64,000 nt of DNA from Octopus bimaculoides (lineage: Eukaryota). The notes beneath the pieces are model-generated. The model ran no database searches. It saw nothing but the letters and a program-made list of their open reading frames with translations, and was not told the origin of the DNA. The stretch is taken from contig NC_068986.1 in the NCBI RefSeq assembly GCF_001194135.2, forward strand, positions 72,443,218 to 72,507,217, written 5' to 3'. Made by a program: the position numbers and the translations under genes. The first letter of the stretch is position 1. Each line of letters opens with the position of its first letter. Positions 13,567-27,140 of this stretch are shown here, one piece after another.

Positions 13567-14286
13567 CATCTTATTTTTATTAAGAACTGCTAAAAATAAA
13601 ACGCATTACAAAATATGTTTTAACTTCTGAAATTATGAGTGGTGTTGTGGTTGGCAAAAGTTTGCTTCAGTTTTTTTTCTTATCTTTTCTTTGTATTTGA
13701 TTTCAAATTCTCATGTATTACTGTACAAACTTTAGCAAGTTTTCCTGCTTAGACTCAGAAAACTCAAACAACCTTCAAACATTAGTTTCTTTCTCACTCT
13801 CACACACATATATCCACATCCACATGCATATTCACACATATTTAGTTTGGCTACAATCAAATATTATTCTAGAAAAGATTAGTTTCATTTTTGTCTTATA
13901 AGACTGAACTGATTATCAATAAAATTATTTTGATATCCTACCTTTTAAAATTCTCTTTCTGTGAAATACTTTGCCTACTTAAAGTAATTATAGTGGAGAA
14001 TGTGTAAATGGTTCAAAAGCTCTTCTACTACTATGATTTAAAAGATGTTCAACTAGTTTGCCGACATCTTTCTCTGCATACCTACTTCATGGCTATAATT
14101 TGATCATTCCAGAAATAGTCACAGTTTGTTTTTGTTTAAATATTACCTCACAGGCAAAAGTATTTCTGTAATCTAGCCTGACACAATTTTTGCTTGATAG
14201 CTGTAAAACTTTTAATACATTCTAATAAAATTTATTATCTTGAGTTAGTATATATAGTATTGTGTAGTATATCTAGTTTGTGTATG

Positions 14287-14340
<54 letters not shown>

Positions 14341-14409
14341 TGCTCTATACTATATATATTTTTTTCCAAATTTTGACTCGTGACCAGACCATATAGTATA
14401 TATTAACAC

Positions 14410-14575
14410 ATAAATGTGGTTGTGTAGCTATGTTTGCTTCCCAATCACATGTGGTTTTTGGATTCAGTCCCCCTGAAAGACACCTTGGGCTTATACCTTC
14501 AACCAAAGCCTTGTTAGTGGATTTGGTTGATGGAAACTGAGAAAAAGCTCATTTTGTGTGTGTGTCCCTGTCTTG
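14410..14575 (+). mobile_element. SINE family B copy
   Basis: ttgcttcccaatcacatg...ttcagtccc...caccttgggc...caaagccttgttagtggatttggttgatggaaactga. Confidence 0.7.
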
Positions 14576-15263
14576 GCCTCATGTTATCTTAGTCATACAG
14601 TATTCTCTTAGTCACATTGGCATATCATCAGTCATATTAACATATCTCAATCAAACTGAGGTCATTTTTCAGTCACACTGACGTACTATCACGTCCTAAC
14701 TGATAGAACATACCTTTCAGAATGATGAAAATAATAATGAAATATTCAAGATATAGAAAAAAATATTTATCTATTGAGTTGGTATTAGAAATACAGTTTC
14801 AGAAGGAAAAAGTTCTTAGATAAAATGATGAAACTTTCAACTAAAATTTCAAGTTCATTTTCATATAATAAATTTCATTTAAGATACAAACAGTTTAATA
14901 TGAGCGGTTCATGGCAGACAGGCAGCACACTGAAGGCTGATCTCCCAATGGCTGGCATTGGAGAGGTTAAACAGGGGTGAAATATCTGAAATAGAACCTC
15001 AAACTCTAATTGAAATCAGTGAAAAAAAAAACAAATTTGTACACCAAAATAATGTATCCAAGTCAGTTTTAGTTTTTACATCTTTCAAGTCTCTGATATG
15101 TAGGTTGGTGGAAACTTTTTATCAAGCTAAAATTTATTTGAGAAAGGTAGAATTATATTAAAAATTTCTATTTCTGATCAAAATTGTTGCATCACTGAAT
15201 AAAAAGTAAACATCTATACATCTCTTTATGTTTATACCTGAATTGTATTGTTTTCTTTCACAG

Positions 15264-15354
15264 GGTTCACATTTTGGAGGAGCAGCTCCGGGAGATGGAA
15301 ATTCGGTCTGATGAACAAGTAAAAGTTGAGCAAAGGAAACACAAGGAATATACA
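15264..15354 (+). CDS. RAB11FIP4: FIP3/4 exon d (91 nt): VHILEEQLREMEIRSDEQVKVEQRKHKEYT
   Basis: Acceptor ttttctttcacAG, donor ACA|GTGTGT (weaker); phase matches exons c and e; resembles VHELEE..K.QE...E...EE.RRH.E. Confidence 0.88.
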
Positions 15355-17752
15355 GTGTGTATATGCATATATATTTCTTTCCCTATTTTTGATGGGACAG
15401 AATCTACTATTTACTGTCAACTGGAGTAAGACAGCTTTTGCAAATGTCACCTTTCGCATAGTTGAAGCAATTTAAAAAAATATTTTTGTAAATTGCTTAG
15501 AGTCAGTCAGCCATCATGTTTGTTGTTAACTGTATCTCTTTACAATATTATGTCCCTTTTGAATGATGAAAACAATTTTTAATTGCTATTTTAAAATTGT
15601 TTTTGTTAGTCTTTTTTTTTTTAAATTTTAAATCCTTGAATTCACCACTTTAATGAATTTTGTGTGCATTTGTGGAATGTGCTCACTGATTGTAAACACA
15701 CAATAGGCTCATTCAAACAGTGTTGTTTGTTTCCAGTTCACTGTGTAACTACGTCCAGGCTGTTCATTGTTTAACAGACGAGAGGATGATTAGCTTGCTT
15801 GGAAACAAGTGGGGGTTAGCAACAAGAAGAGAAAATGTGCCTCAATGAATTCTATCTAACCCATGCAAGCATGGAAAAATCAACATTTAAATGATGACTA
15901 TGATGCTGATATATAAGGAAAGAATATGACAGGCATCAAAAGCCTATCAGTCAACAGCAAATTAACAGAAAATGAGTTTTTAATCAATGAAATTTCATTT
16001 GCTTCAACATGGCTGAATGAAATCTAAATATTGACTCTAACAAACAGCTAAATGATGCTAACTTGGAGATTTCTAATAATCAAACAGATATTGCATTAAA
16101 AATAGACAAATTTATTGATAATTTTTCTAGAACACCAACAGTGAAAGTTCTTAATTTTAGTAAAAATAGCTTCCTTCTCACAAGTCCATCTTCAAATGTT
16201 GTCCAGTCCTATACATCTTGAAAGATTAATCAAAAAATGTTATCTACAAAATAAAGCTGTTAAATAACTGTACTGTGAGGAACATCATATAGACTTGGGT
16301 TTATATTAAATCTAAATATGAGCATGTTTGCATTCGTATACATACAGTGTTTTGTGTGCGTATGACTGACACACATAGGCAATGTGTTCGTGTGTGCCAA
16401 ACTGCACAATTTGTGTGATATGTGATACACATATCACACAAAATAACTTTATAAAAATGTTTATTTTGGCTTCTCACATACTAGTTATTTACTACTAAAC
16501 CGAAACAATTTTGCACTCGTTTTTATATGTTTCAACCTTGTTTAATTGTTTTGATTCCTAAAAATAATATAAAAATTTTGCATCTTTTTTGAATAATGAA
16601 AATAGTTTTGAAACTATATGAAGAAAAACTTGACAAAGCAAGAAAATTAAAACTTTTAATCAACAAACAACATATTTATCAATCTGCTGATTTAAATGTA
16701 AAGTTAGCTTTAAGTTCACCCTAGTTCTGTTGAACTGATTTTAATGTGTGCCATTCATGAAATAAAAAAAAATTCAGCAATATTGAAATGAAACAAGATA
16801 CATGTAAATGAAAGTTATTTCCCTTCAGTATGAGTCAGCCTTTTTAATGTCATTGATTATGAGTCACACATGACAAATATCAATCAGTCTTGAATGGTGA
16901 TAAAAATGTTATTGCAAATCATTTAAGTAAACTTTGGTCAGTGAAACTTAGACACATGAGTGATACATACCTTAACTTGTATATTTATTAAATAAATTAG
17001 CTTCTTAAAAGTATGCTTAGTCTATTCTATGCACATGGTGATACTAATCTATCTAAGTACATATACTTCTGTCTCATCAGTTAGCACTACGTTATATCAA
17101 AAGCTGATCTTATCAGTGGCATACCATAATTTTCTTTGTGGGTTTTGGTCTCTTTTTAAAAAAAATTTTTTTTTATTAATGTTGCTTTATTGTTCATTTC
17201 TGAATTAATGTAGCAGCTCAAAATAAGAGTTTCTCTTTATGGAATTTAACTGACAATATGTTACTGATTCTGTTTTTATTGTCTTTAAAAAATTGCCTTA
17301 TCAATGCATAGTTTGAAATGCATCTTTATATAAACAAATCTGTGGATTCTCAAAATTTGACATTTCAATCTCAGTATGAGTATTCATTTTTATCTCTTTT
17401 ACTTTTTGTATTTGATTATAAAGTTCCCTTTGTTACTTTCATTTCCATCCATCCATCTTTACCATCTGCTATTCCTGAGATGGTGGACTGGAGTTTCCAG
17501 GTACCTTCTCCACAGGATCCAATCAGAAACATCTACTCTCATTTCTACAACAAATACTTTTTTCAAATATTTTAGAAAATCAGATTTCATTTTGTAAACA
17601 TTTTTATCTTATCCACTAACATCTTAAAATATGATCTGCATCATTAAAATCTTTGTACTCATTTCAAAGCTGTCATCAAACATTTGAGTGAAGTAATTTA
17701 TCATAGTTTTTAATTCATCAAAGTTAGTAATTATTGATTAACATTGACTTAA

Positions 17753-17971
17753 CCCTTTAGCATTCACATTATTCTCTTAAAAGTAATGCTTTTTAAATCG
17801 TTTTGTTTTGAATTAATCATGCAGTATCTTGTAGCTCTGAAATTTTGATGAGGCAACTGTTGATTTTTAGAATGATATTGTAGGGTTTTTCTAGGAGGCC
17901 AGATATGGCCAGTTTGAATATTAAACAGGTAGAATACTTTGGCCAGATATACCGGTCTAAATGCTAAAGGG
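17753..17971. mobile_element. 219-bp non-autonomous TTAA-target (piggyBac-like) MITE
   Basis: TTAA at 17749-17752 and 17972-17975; TIRs CCCTTTAGCATT(C/T)A ... T(A/G)AATGCTAAAGGG. Confidence 0.85.
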
Positions 17972-19333
17972 TTAATGAGTGTATTTTAATAAAATATTAT
18001 AAGATATTTTTCCTTACTTTTCATCTAATACATCATTTGATAGAGACAGGTAAGCTGAAGCACTTGTTTGTGTTTAGCACTTATTAGATCTATGTGTTAA
18101 AGCTTATATCATGGTAAATTGGATGGATTGATGTTATACTGACATTAAATCCCTTATATAACCCAACTAAATCTGTTTAGTTGTAGATTAGTTTTGGCTT
18201 TAATCTGTTTATTGTAAGCTTGCTTCTAGTCAGGTTGACATTTAATTACGAAATTGTCAATATGTTTGAAACTCTCCACAACCTATACAGGATACCGTAT
18301 CTGGTAACCATTTCTGATATTATTAGACATTTCTTTTTATGAATATTCTTTACTTACTACTCTTTACATTTTATTCTGGCTCTTATTTATTTAAACATGT
18401 TTTACAGATATTTCTATAATTCAGGGATTTGTTTTTACTATATATTTTTTTCTTTCACACTGCTTTGTTGGTACATTTTGTGTTTGTATGTATTAGTGTT
18501 TACATATTTGGCTGTATAAAACTTTAAAGAAAACATATTGGTTTAGCTCGTTTTAGATTAGTATCCGTTTAACAAAGAGAATGTATCAGTATAATAAAAT
18601 GAATTTAAATTTTAAAGAAAAATAATGAAGAAAAAAACTGTTATTAAAAAGAAGTTCTAATTATTCAGTCATTTATAAGTTCAGGGTTCTCTTTTAATTA
18701 AGAAATACTGTTATTTTATCAGTATGTAAATTTCATAAATAAGATTACTTCTTTTAAATTAGTAAATGATTAAATGCATATATGAATAAATAAAGGATAT
18801 TTCTTGTAAATTGTTAGTATCTCTATATCATTAGAATATATGTTGTCAGATTGCATATGGGAACATATATTAACATCATGTTATAACTTGTGATTGCTGT
18901 GCTTCATGAAATGACTTTGTTGTTCACATATATTTCATGTGCTATATACACTACTAGCTTTACAAGTTTTTCCCCCATTTGCTTAATTATATACTCCATT
19001 TTATTTTTAATTTTAATCTCAGATAAAACATTTTCCATTTGATATAATAATAAATGAACAAGGAAGTGAATTTTAAATTTTAAATCATTAACCTCTCCTT
19101 TCTTTAAATTAGAGCAAAAAACAGTTGAGCTATTTACTTGCTCTATTCTTCCAAATTAAAATAAAGCTGTTTTTTTTCCTTTACTTTTATGACAACATAA
19201 ATTTTCATCTTCTTGCATAACGTATTTATTAAAAGCAATATTTTTATAAATAAAGAAATAAATCTTTATGTCAGTACTTTATTCACAAAAAAGATTTGTT
19301 GTAAAATATACAATATATTTTGTCATATTCTAG

Positions 19334-19383
19334 GGTCGGCATGACCGAGATAAAGCTGAACAGTTACTATACTTAAGTCACAG
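19334..19383 (+). CDS. RAB11FIP4: FIP3/4 exon e (50 nt): GRHDRDKAEQLLYLSH(R)
   Basis: Acceptor tcatattctAG, donor CAG|GTCAGT; resembles GKLEREKATEVELLNAR. Confidence 0.85.
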
Positions 19384-20151
19384 GTCAGTATTTTTTTTTT
19401 TTTAATCTTTGATATTTAATAGATATATAAACTGAATCATTTAATATACCATGACTTTTGATAGTGCACTATTGAACTTACAAATGAAAGAAAAGGCTAT
19501 TGAAGGTAATGGTCCTATGTGGCCTAAGTTGTGATAGCCAAAAGGAATGAAAGAAGCTAGAATGAAATAGAAATACTCAGTGCTAATGTCCACAATACAA
19601 GTAATAAGCTTGTATGAATTAAATAGGAATAAATGTATATTGGTTGAAAGTGTGGTTCCTTATAGTGTGACTGGAATGGCAGCAGACATTCTATGGTTTG
19701 ATGCTCTTCTTGTCACCAACCCTCTCTTGCTTCAATAAACTCTGTCTGATCAATGCAAGCATGGAAAAAGTGGACACTAAATATGATGATGGTGACAAAA
19801 GTGCATAGAAATTGTAATGTGTATTTCTGATAGCTTTTATTGCTCTTTAATAGTTATTACAATTTTAACATTCATTGAGTCAGACATTAATATGATGGAA
19901 ACTATTATTTAATTACTTCTAAATTTCCCAAATCCTAATTTTTTATTATAAAAGACAAGCAATAGTTGTGGATTACTGGATAAAATGCCATATATTTCAT
20001 AACTTTCTGTAGCATCCTAAATTCAAATCCCTTTAGTGTATACTTCGCCTTGCATGGTCCAGTATCTATAAATCACAGCTGGAATTGATATAATCGACTA
20101 ACCCATCGCCTCAAAATTCCTGGCTTTTACCTAAAATAGAAATCATTAAGA

Positions 20152-21150
20152 GATGGTGAGCAGACATAATTGTTAACACACCTGACAAAATGCCTTGTTA
20201 TATTTGTTCCTACTTTTACATTCTGAGTTGAAATCCCGCCAAGGTCAGTTTTCCTTTTCATCTGTCATGGTTGATAAAATAATGTATCATTCATGTACTG
20301 GAGTAAGTGTAATTAATTTACCCCTCCCCTCAGAATTGCTACTCTTGTACCTAAATTAGAAACCATTAAGAAGACAGTTAGAGCTTTGGAAAGAATGTTA
20401 TGTGGAATTTGTACTGGCTTTTTGCATTCTGAGTGCAAGTCCTGCTGAAGTCAACTTTACCATTCAACTTTTCCTGGTCAATAAAATTAAGATACTAGAA
20501 TCAATGTAGCCAACTTAACTCCCCACTAAAATTGTTGTCCTTGTGCCAAAATTTGAATGAATTTTTATTAAGGTGGTAAGCTGGCAGAACCTTTAGCACA
20601 CAGTGAAAAAAAAAAGTACCTCACAGCATTTCTTCCAGATTTATGTTCTAAGTTCAAATTCTACCAAGATCGATTTTGTATTTCATCCATTCAGGGTCAA
20701 TTGAATAATACCAGTTGAGCATTGGGAGTCAATGTAATTTCAGGCTTTATGCCTATAGTAGAAAGGATTATTATTATTATTATTATCATCATCATCATTA
20801 TACCGAGGTCAACTTTGCCTTTCATCCTTTCAGGGTCAATAAAATAAATACCAGTTGAGTACTGGGGTCAGTGTAATTGACTATTCACCTCCCTCAAATT
20901 TCAGGCCTTGTGCCTATAGTGGAGAGGATTATTATTATTATTAGTAGTAGTAGGAGTAGTAGTAGTAGTAATATTAAGGCAACAAGCTAGCACAGTTATT
21001 AAAGACTCATTATGTTTGGTGTTCAAATTCTTCTCAGGTTGACTTTGTCTTCCATCCTTTTGGAGTCTGAGCACTAGGGTTGATACAGTCAACTTGCCCA
21101 CTCTTCTTAAAACTGCTGGCTCTATGCTAAATTTTGAAACCATTATTATC
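20152..21150 (+). mobile_element. Head-to-tail cluster of five SINE family A copies (intron e-f)
   Basis: The core repeats at ~20220, 20425, 20645, 20802 and 21015, separated in part by (ATT)n, (ATC)n and (AGT)n tails. Confidence 0.8.
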
Positions 21151-21541
21151 ATTACTGTTATCAACAGCAATATTTACATGATTAGTTCTAAATATTTGAA
21201 AGGATGTCTGCCAGTTATTCAATTGAAGGTCAGTATTAATTCATATCTTTGGCAGGCCTATCTTAACAGCTATATAGACATCTGAGTAAAGCAATGCACT
21301 AGGGAATCACTTTATCCATATTTAACTAAAGCATACATTGGTTTGCATTCAGCCTCAAAACCTGTGAAGTCCCCAGGGAAATATTCAGTGTGTCCATGCA
21401 TAACGACCGATTTTCAGTTTTATTGAATAGAAAAAAAAGTAAAGTGCCATAATTGAATTAACGGTTACAACTCTGTTTCTGCTATTTATGTTTTATCAGT
21501 TTATACTGCCACACAAATTAACTGGGTTTTTTCTATTAATA

Positions 21542-22071
21542 CAGGGTGTCCCAGAATTAATTATCTATTTCAATAAAATTAGGCAGATTTAAAAAAAAAA
21601 CTGACAGAATTTTACATTTATTACTTAATTATGCATACCAAAACATATAGATTTATAAACCTTAGGTCAAAACTTTATTGAAAATTTTCAACAGGTTCTC
21701 CATCTATATCCCTGCAAATTTCAAAACTGTCCTTAGCATTGCAAAACACATATTGAAGCATTTCAGGAGTTAGCTCCTGCACTGCTAACTGAATGCATTC
21801 TTTTAAGTTCAGCTAAACTATTGCTCCAATCTGGGGGTGGGGTAGAGAAAATGATTGCAGCCAAATTGAAAAAAAAGCTGTCGTGGACAGATAAGTAGGT
21901 TTCAACAGAAATGAAAATAAAATTATTAAAGGTTGTTTAAGTTATAAAATTATAAATAAAATTAAAAATTTATACACTTTTTAAGATATGATAAACATAA
22001 ATAAAAGTGAATTTTTTTTTTTTTAATTGTCTGATTTCACTGAAATAAATTGTTAATTCTGGGACACCCTG
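21542..22071 (-). mobile_element. 530-bp internally deleted Tc1/mariner element
   Basis: TA at 21540-41 and 22072-73; TIR CAGGGTGTCCCAGAATTAA at both ends. The minus strand encodes LKECIQLAVQELTPEMLQYVFCNAKDSFEICRDIDGEPVENF, resembling a Tc1-like transposase C-terminus. Confidence 0.85.
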
Positions 22072-22232
22072 TATTTTATGTTCTAAGAAATGTATTTGAA
22101 TTGAAATGTATAAATAATTTTTATATATATATTTTCATCAAATACATTCATTTTTTTTTTAAACTAGATACTTAGGGAAATGATTGTAACACCTTCTATT
22201 AGTTAACTTAATATTTTTCTGATATCTCGCAG

Positions 22233-22314
22233 ATTACAAGATGTAGATCGACATTATGAAACCACCAAGGAAGAAGCCGCCCGACTTAGAAGTGAAGTAG
22301 AGAAATTAAAATCG
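22233..22314 (+). CDS. RAB11FIP4: FIP3/4 exon f (82 nt): LQDVDRHYETTKEEAARLRSEVEKLKS
   Basis: Acceptor tttttctgatatctcgcAG, donor TCG|GTATGG; heptad pattern; phase-consistent. Confidence 0.88.
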
Positions 22315-23574
22315 GTATGGAGATAGTAACTATATTTTCTGATAAAATAAAGTAAACTCTACCTAATTAATCAAAGGATTAGTTTTAAATAGTATATTTG
22401 GCTAATATAATTGTTAGCATCCCATGTATTTGTTCAAATAAGAATTTCTCAATTAAATACTTCCTTTCATCCCAGGAACATGAGGTAGTTCTGTATGAAG
22501 TAATTGTTGTTGTACTATTATGAAACTTGTTGTCATAATGAATGATTGAATATTAGAATGGATTACAGTTGGTGGAAGTGTTTGAAACATACTGGCACAG
22601 AAAGAAAGTCAAAGAAACTAAACTTTTGAAATCTGATGATGCAGAATGCTCTTGTTCATTTTGGATTATATAATTAACAAAAAAAATACAAAAGAATTTC
22701 TTTTTCTAAAGAAAAAAAAAACAGAAATTTGAATTTGAGACAATACTTTATTTCTTTATTTAAATGGAAAGAAATATTTGAACAATTTCACCAAATCCGA
22801 TTCTGAAGCCATTCCATGAACTACTTAACTCCAGTTAATTCTTGGTTATGTTTCTCCTCATGGTACTTCTGTTGAATCCTTTCTAAATTCAACAATTTCT
22901 GTGAGCCTAAAACTGAAACTGCAGAATCATAAATGTGAAGTATAACATTACTGGATCAATTTAGATACTTGTATTTGTTCTGTGATTTTTAAAAATGTTG
23001 ACAGTACAATCATAATAGAAAGTTTTCTCATCTGGCAGTCTACTTTAAACTTCAAATGTTTAAAGGTTACTAAGAACTGACATTGTATCAAAAATATTTT
23101 TAAATCATTTAAGACTAATATATTCTTATCCCAGAGAAATTATGAAAAAATGTTGGTGCTATATTATAATGTTGCATTGATTTAATGAGGTTGTTATTGA
23201 ATGTGTCTTTTTTTTTATTATATTTCTGGACTGCTAATTATTATATAAATTTATGTTGCTATATATCATATTTGTATAGATGATGTTACATCACAACTAC
23301 AAAGTTCCTACATTTGATAGTGATACGCTTTGTCAGAAAATACTTTTCCTTAAATTTGTTCTTATAAATTTAATTTACTCTTTAATTTTAATTGTATCTA
23401 AGTTTTCCAAAAGGTAATTTGTAATAATTAGAAGAAAAGTAGATATTGCTTAAAATTAGTTAGATTTCTCTTGCATTGTAAATATCTTAAAATTGAGGAA
23501 CTCTGAATTTACTTTTTTTTTTTAACATTTCTGTGTTATTTGAAGCTAAATAATATATATTTTGTTTATTTTAG

Positions 23575-23712
23575 GAAAAGTTAGAATTACATGATAAATT
23601 AGCTGAAACTCAATACTCTTATGCCACATTACTGGAAGACAATGAAAAGCAGCAGGCTGAAATGGCAACACAAAGTGACAATTTTGAACATGAACGTAAA
23701 GCAACTGCTCAG
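23575..23712 (+). CDS. RAB11FIP4: FIP3/4 exon g (138 nt): EKLELHDKLAETQYSYATLLEDNEKQQAEMATQSDNFEHERKATAQ
   Basis: Acceptor tttgtttattttAG, donor CAG|GTAGAA; ends FEHERKATAQ, like FQKEREATQE. Confidence 0.9.
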
Positions 23713-25312
23713 GTAGAACATTATTTCGTAACTTTTGTCGTTTCATTGTCTTTCTTTCTGGAATTGGCAGAAACAGTAGAGTGACAGCTAGAATGCCTCA
23801 CAGTATTTTTCTAACTCTTGGTGCTTTGAGTTCAGATCCTGCAGAGGTCAGCTTTATATTTCAACCTTGAAAGGTTGATAAAAAATTCCAGACTTGGGTA
23901 ATGAATTGGCAGAAATGTCAGATTGGATGACTTGGAGTATTTGTTCTGGTTATTTGCATTCTGACTTCAAATCCCACTGTGACTCACTAGGGTAGTTTAT
24001 TTAATCCATTGTCCAGTTGGTTTAACACCATTATTTGGTACCTTGGATATCTTTGTTAGACCAGTCTTTTTGCTACCATTCAGGTCTGATATTCAGTTTG
24101 ACAATACCCCCCCCTTCCTTTTCTCTCACCAGACTCAGAGACCCTTTGAAGAGTTAAGGGCACAGCCTTCCCTTTTAAATAAAAGACTGAAAAAAAATAA
24201 AGTCAATGAAAACAATGAATTTTATAGCTTGCAATAATATTTGCTTCTTTCCAAAACTATAACAATTTTCATGTTGAATTAAATAGCAATGATCAACTGT
24301 TCAAAATGTTGAACTCTTTAGTAATGTTCTCATTCTGTTTCAAATATTTTGTCCTTAAACAAGATGCTTTCTTTACTTGGTTTTATTTCCCTCATTAAAA
24401 AAAGGGTTTAGTCTTTCTACATTACAAAAAGTATCTTTTAGTGTAGTTGTAAAACAATGTTAGTGTTATAATCTTCTTGAGATAACATGCTGGTTTATAA
24501 CCCTGAAATATGAAGGGTTTCAATTAAGGACTGGTTGTAAGTATGTATGTTATTGGATATATCGTATTAACTTACAAGTAAACCTGAATACAAACATGTT
24601 GACAAATCAGTTGACCATTAAATGTTGGCAGATGTATGCAGAAGAGATAACTATGTTAGTATGGACATGAAATGCAATGTGAGAAAGATCAGATAGTAAT
24701 AGTTACAATGAACCTGAAAATACTGGGATTTTTTATGAGATGCATATAGAGATGATATATTAAAGAGTCATTCTGACAAAATGAAATGCAAAAATGGTAA
24801 TTCTCGTGAATCTATGATGAACAATTCTAAATATGTTTTAATTGAATTTGTTAATTATATGATATAATTAGTATTAGACATGAGAGTAATGTCTGTATTA
24901 TAAGATGAACAAGAGCAGTTTAAGGAATTACTTCTTATGGGAAGCCAGCTTTATGATGCAAGAGAAAGCTGGCATTGTATTTTAATTAAAGAATGGATGG
25001 ATTTCTACAAAATAAATGTTTGCAGGAGTGAATGAGCTGAAGTCATTGAGAAGAAATGTTATGATTCAGTCTTACCAACAAATGATGAACATATCTTTGT
25101 GCATTGAGTTCAGATCCTGTCAGGGTCAACTTAACTTTTCAAAGAAAATTAAACTATGTTGACTGATGAACACTTAATGAATGAATGAAAGCAATTTTAT
25201 TATGGCTATAGCGTTGGTTGCACTTTTGTAAATATTGATTATAATCATATTCGCTGTATAAATTACTTTGTGTATTAAAGAAACACTTATTCATATTTTT
25301 ACTATATTTCAG

Positions 25313-25456
25313 CTTCTTGACGAATTAGGGAAAGAATTAAAAGAACTTAGGCAATATAAAATTGAAACTGAGCATATTCGTCAAACACAGAAAAATGCAT
25401 TAGAATTGCCAGACAAATGTCGAGAATTAGAAGAAGAAATAAAGAAATTGCAAGAG
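25313..25456 (+). CDS. RAB11FIP4: FIP3/4 exon h (144 nt): LLDELGKELKELRQYKIETEHIRQTQKNALELPDKCRELEEEIKKLQE
   Basis: Acceptor tactatatttcAG, donor GAG|GTTAGT; within track ORF 25268..25474; resembles LIEDLRKELEHLQMYK...ELEHEVKRLKQ. Confidence 0.92.
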
Positions 25457-26489
25457 GTTAGTATCTTTGAGTGATTTGAAAATGATACTGAGATTTACAA
25501 AACACTAAAGTGCACTCTATGTTTAAAATATTAGGAATGCAAATATATTTTTTCTAAATATTCTCATTTTTATAAGTACTTAGAAAAATGAAACAAGTCT
25601 TCTTGCAGCAGTAATTTTAAATCATCATCATTTTTATATTCATGTTTCCATACTTGCATAGGTTGGACAGATTTTTTCCCTTTTTCTTTGTTAATACAGC
25701 GTTATGCCATTTATTCCAGTTCTTTGTCATATCCTCCTTCAGGTTAAGCCTCTTGAAATCAGCGTTTACCGTTTCTTCTTATGTCTACTTTCCCTTCCAC
25801 AAATTTCTTCCACTAGATTGCTTGACACCCAAGTAAAGATATATATATATATATTTTTAAAATGGGGAAGGCCAGTTTATGGGATTACTTTAGGTTTCCC
25901 ATCCANNNNNNNNNNNNNNNNNNNNNNNNNNNNNNNNNNNNNNNNNNNNNNNNNNNNNNNNNNNNNNNNNNNNNNNNNNNNNNNNNNNNNNNNNNNNNNN
26001 NNNNNNNNNNNNNNNNNNNNNNNNNNNNNNNNNNNNNNNNNNNNNNNNNNNNNNNNNNNNNNNNNNNNNNNNNNNNNNNNNNNNNNNNNNNNNNNNNNNN
26101 NNNNNNNNNNNNNNNNNNNNNNNNNNNNNNNNNNNNNNNNNNNNNNNNNNNNNNNNNNNNNNNNNNNNNNNNNNNNNNNNNNNNNNNNNNNNNNNNNNNN
26201 NNNNNNNNNNNNNNNNNNNNNNNNNNNNNNNNNNNNNNNNNNNNNNNNNNNAATAGCAGCTAAAAAAGCTGAGAATCTCACAGATAGCATCACTTGTAAC
26301 TCACAAAGGCAAGTGAGTTACAAGTGATGCTATCTGTGAGATTCTCAGCTTTTTTAGCTGCTATTTTCTGAACTTCGGTATATGGTGAAGCAAATATTTT
26401 GCTGATCCCTTAATTATATTTATATATATATATATATATATATGTACACACCAGTGCAGTCTCCTCTCTAATCTGGTACATCTTAATCT

Positions 26490-27140
26490 TTTTATATGCA
26501 ATTTTTCTCTCAGCTGTTTGTGCTCTGTCATTTATGTACACTGAAATTTCACATCCAGAAGAGCTTACTTGCTTAATTTCTTTCCAGCTATCATAAGTAT
26601 CATACAATCTGCTTTTCATTTGGAGAGATAATCTTTTTGTTGTCAGCAAAGCTAACAGCTCCCTCAGTCTTACTCTGGCTACTATACTTTTGGAGCACTT
26701 GCCTCCATTGCTAATGAGGTTACTACATAACAAAGCTATCAACTGTTGCAAGGAAGTCTTACAAGTATTTGCAAGAAACTATTTTATGAATGTTCTTACT
26801 GCTAACTACTCCTACACATTTACTACAAACAAAGTCTTTCTATTTTACCAGCCTGCCTGTGATCTCATTACACTTCTTGTGCACTCATAATTTACTTTGA
26901 GTACACAGTACAGAGTTTTTCACCACTCTTTTTCTGCATTTGAAACATAGTTGTCTCCCCGTTGAATTCTGCCTTCTTTCCAGTTAAAGAAAACTCAAGA
27001 GCCTAGATTCCTTTTTATTCCTTGTATCATATCCACAGCTTCTTTGTTTACTGGAATAGCCATTGTTGTATTCAATTATGATTACAAGACAGTTGTCATC
27101 TGTTATCAAAGTACTCTGTAAGAACTCCTTATAAAAATGG
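26490..27140 (-). mobile_element. Decayed RTE LINE fragment (RT and thumb region)
   Basis: Track ORF 26410..26751(-) contains ISNGGKCSKSIVARVR..LRELLALLTTKRLSLQMKSRLYD, paralleling the RTE ORF at 53775..54266. Confidence 0.75.

Noticed and set aside
16020-16230. ~66-codon stop-free Asn/Ser-rich stretch with a possible acceptor and donor in intron d-e
   Set aside because: Poor pyrimidine tract, no homology, and a composition expected from AT-rich DNA.
16410-16442. Perfect 15-bp hairpin tttgtgtgatatgtg-ATA-cacatatcacacaaa
   Set aside because: It is built from TG/CA simple-repeat-like sequence, and there is no CTRR terminus to support a Helitron end.
17480-17575. ATG GTG GAC TGG AGT TTC CAG|GTACCT mini-exon (MVDWSFQ, in frame with exon e) and an adjacent strong acceptor ccttctccacAG
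   Set aside because: The segment resembles the antisense LINE 3' end at ~37540-37600 (caggatcc.atcaga, (tcca)n tail) and the upstream acceptor would be a rare GAG. The signals are probably coincidental, though exonisation is not excluded.
24480-25000. Faint R4-like RT traces, and similar faint RTE traces at ~12150-12700 and ~46220-46560
   Set aside because: Too decayed to delimit or classify by eye.
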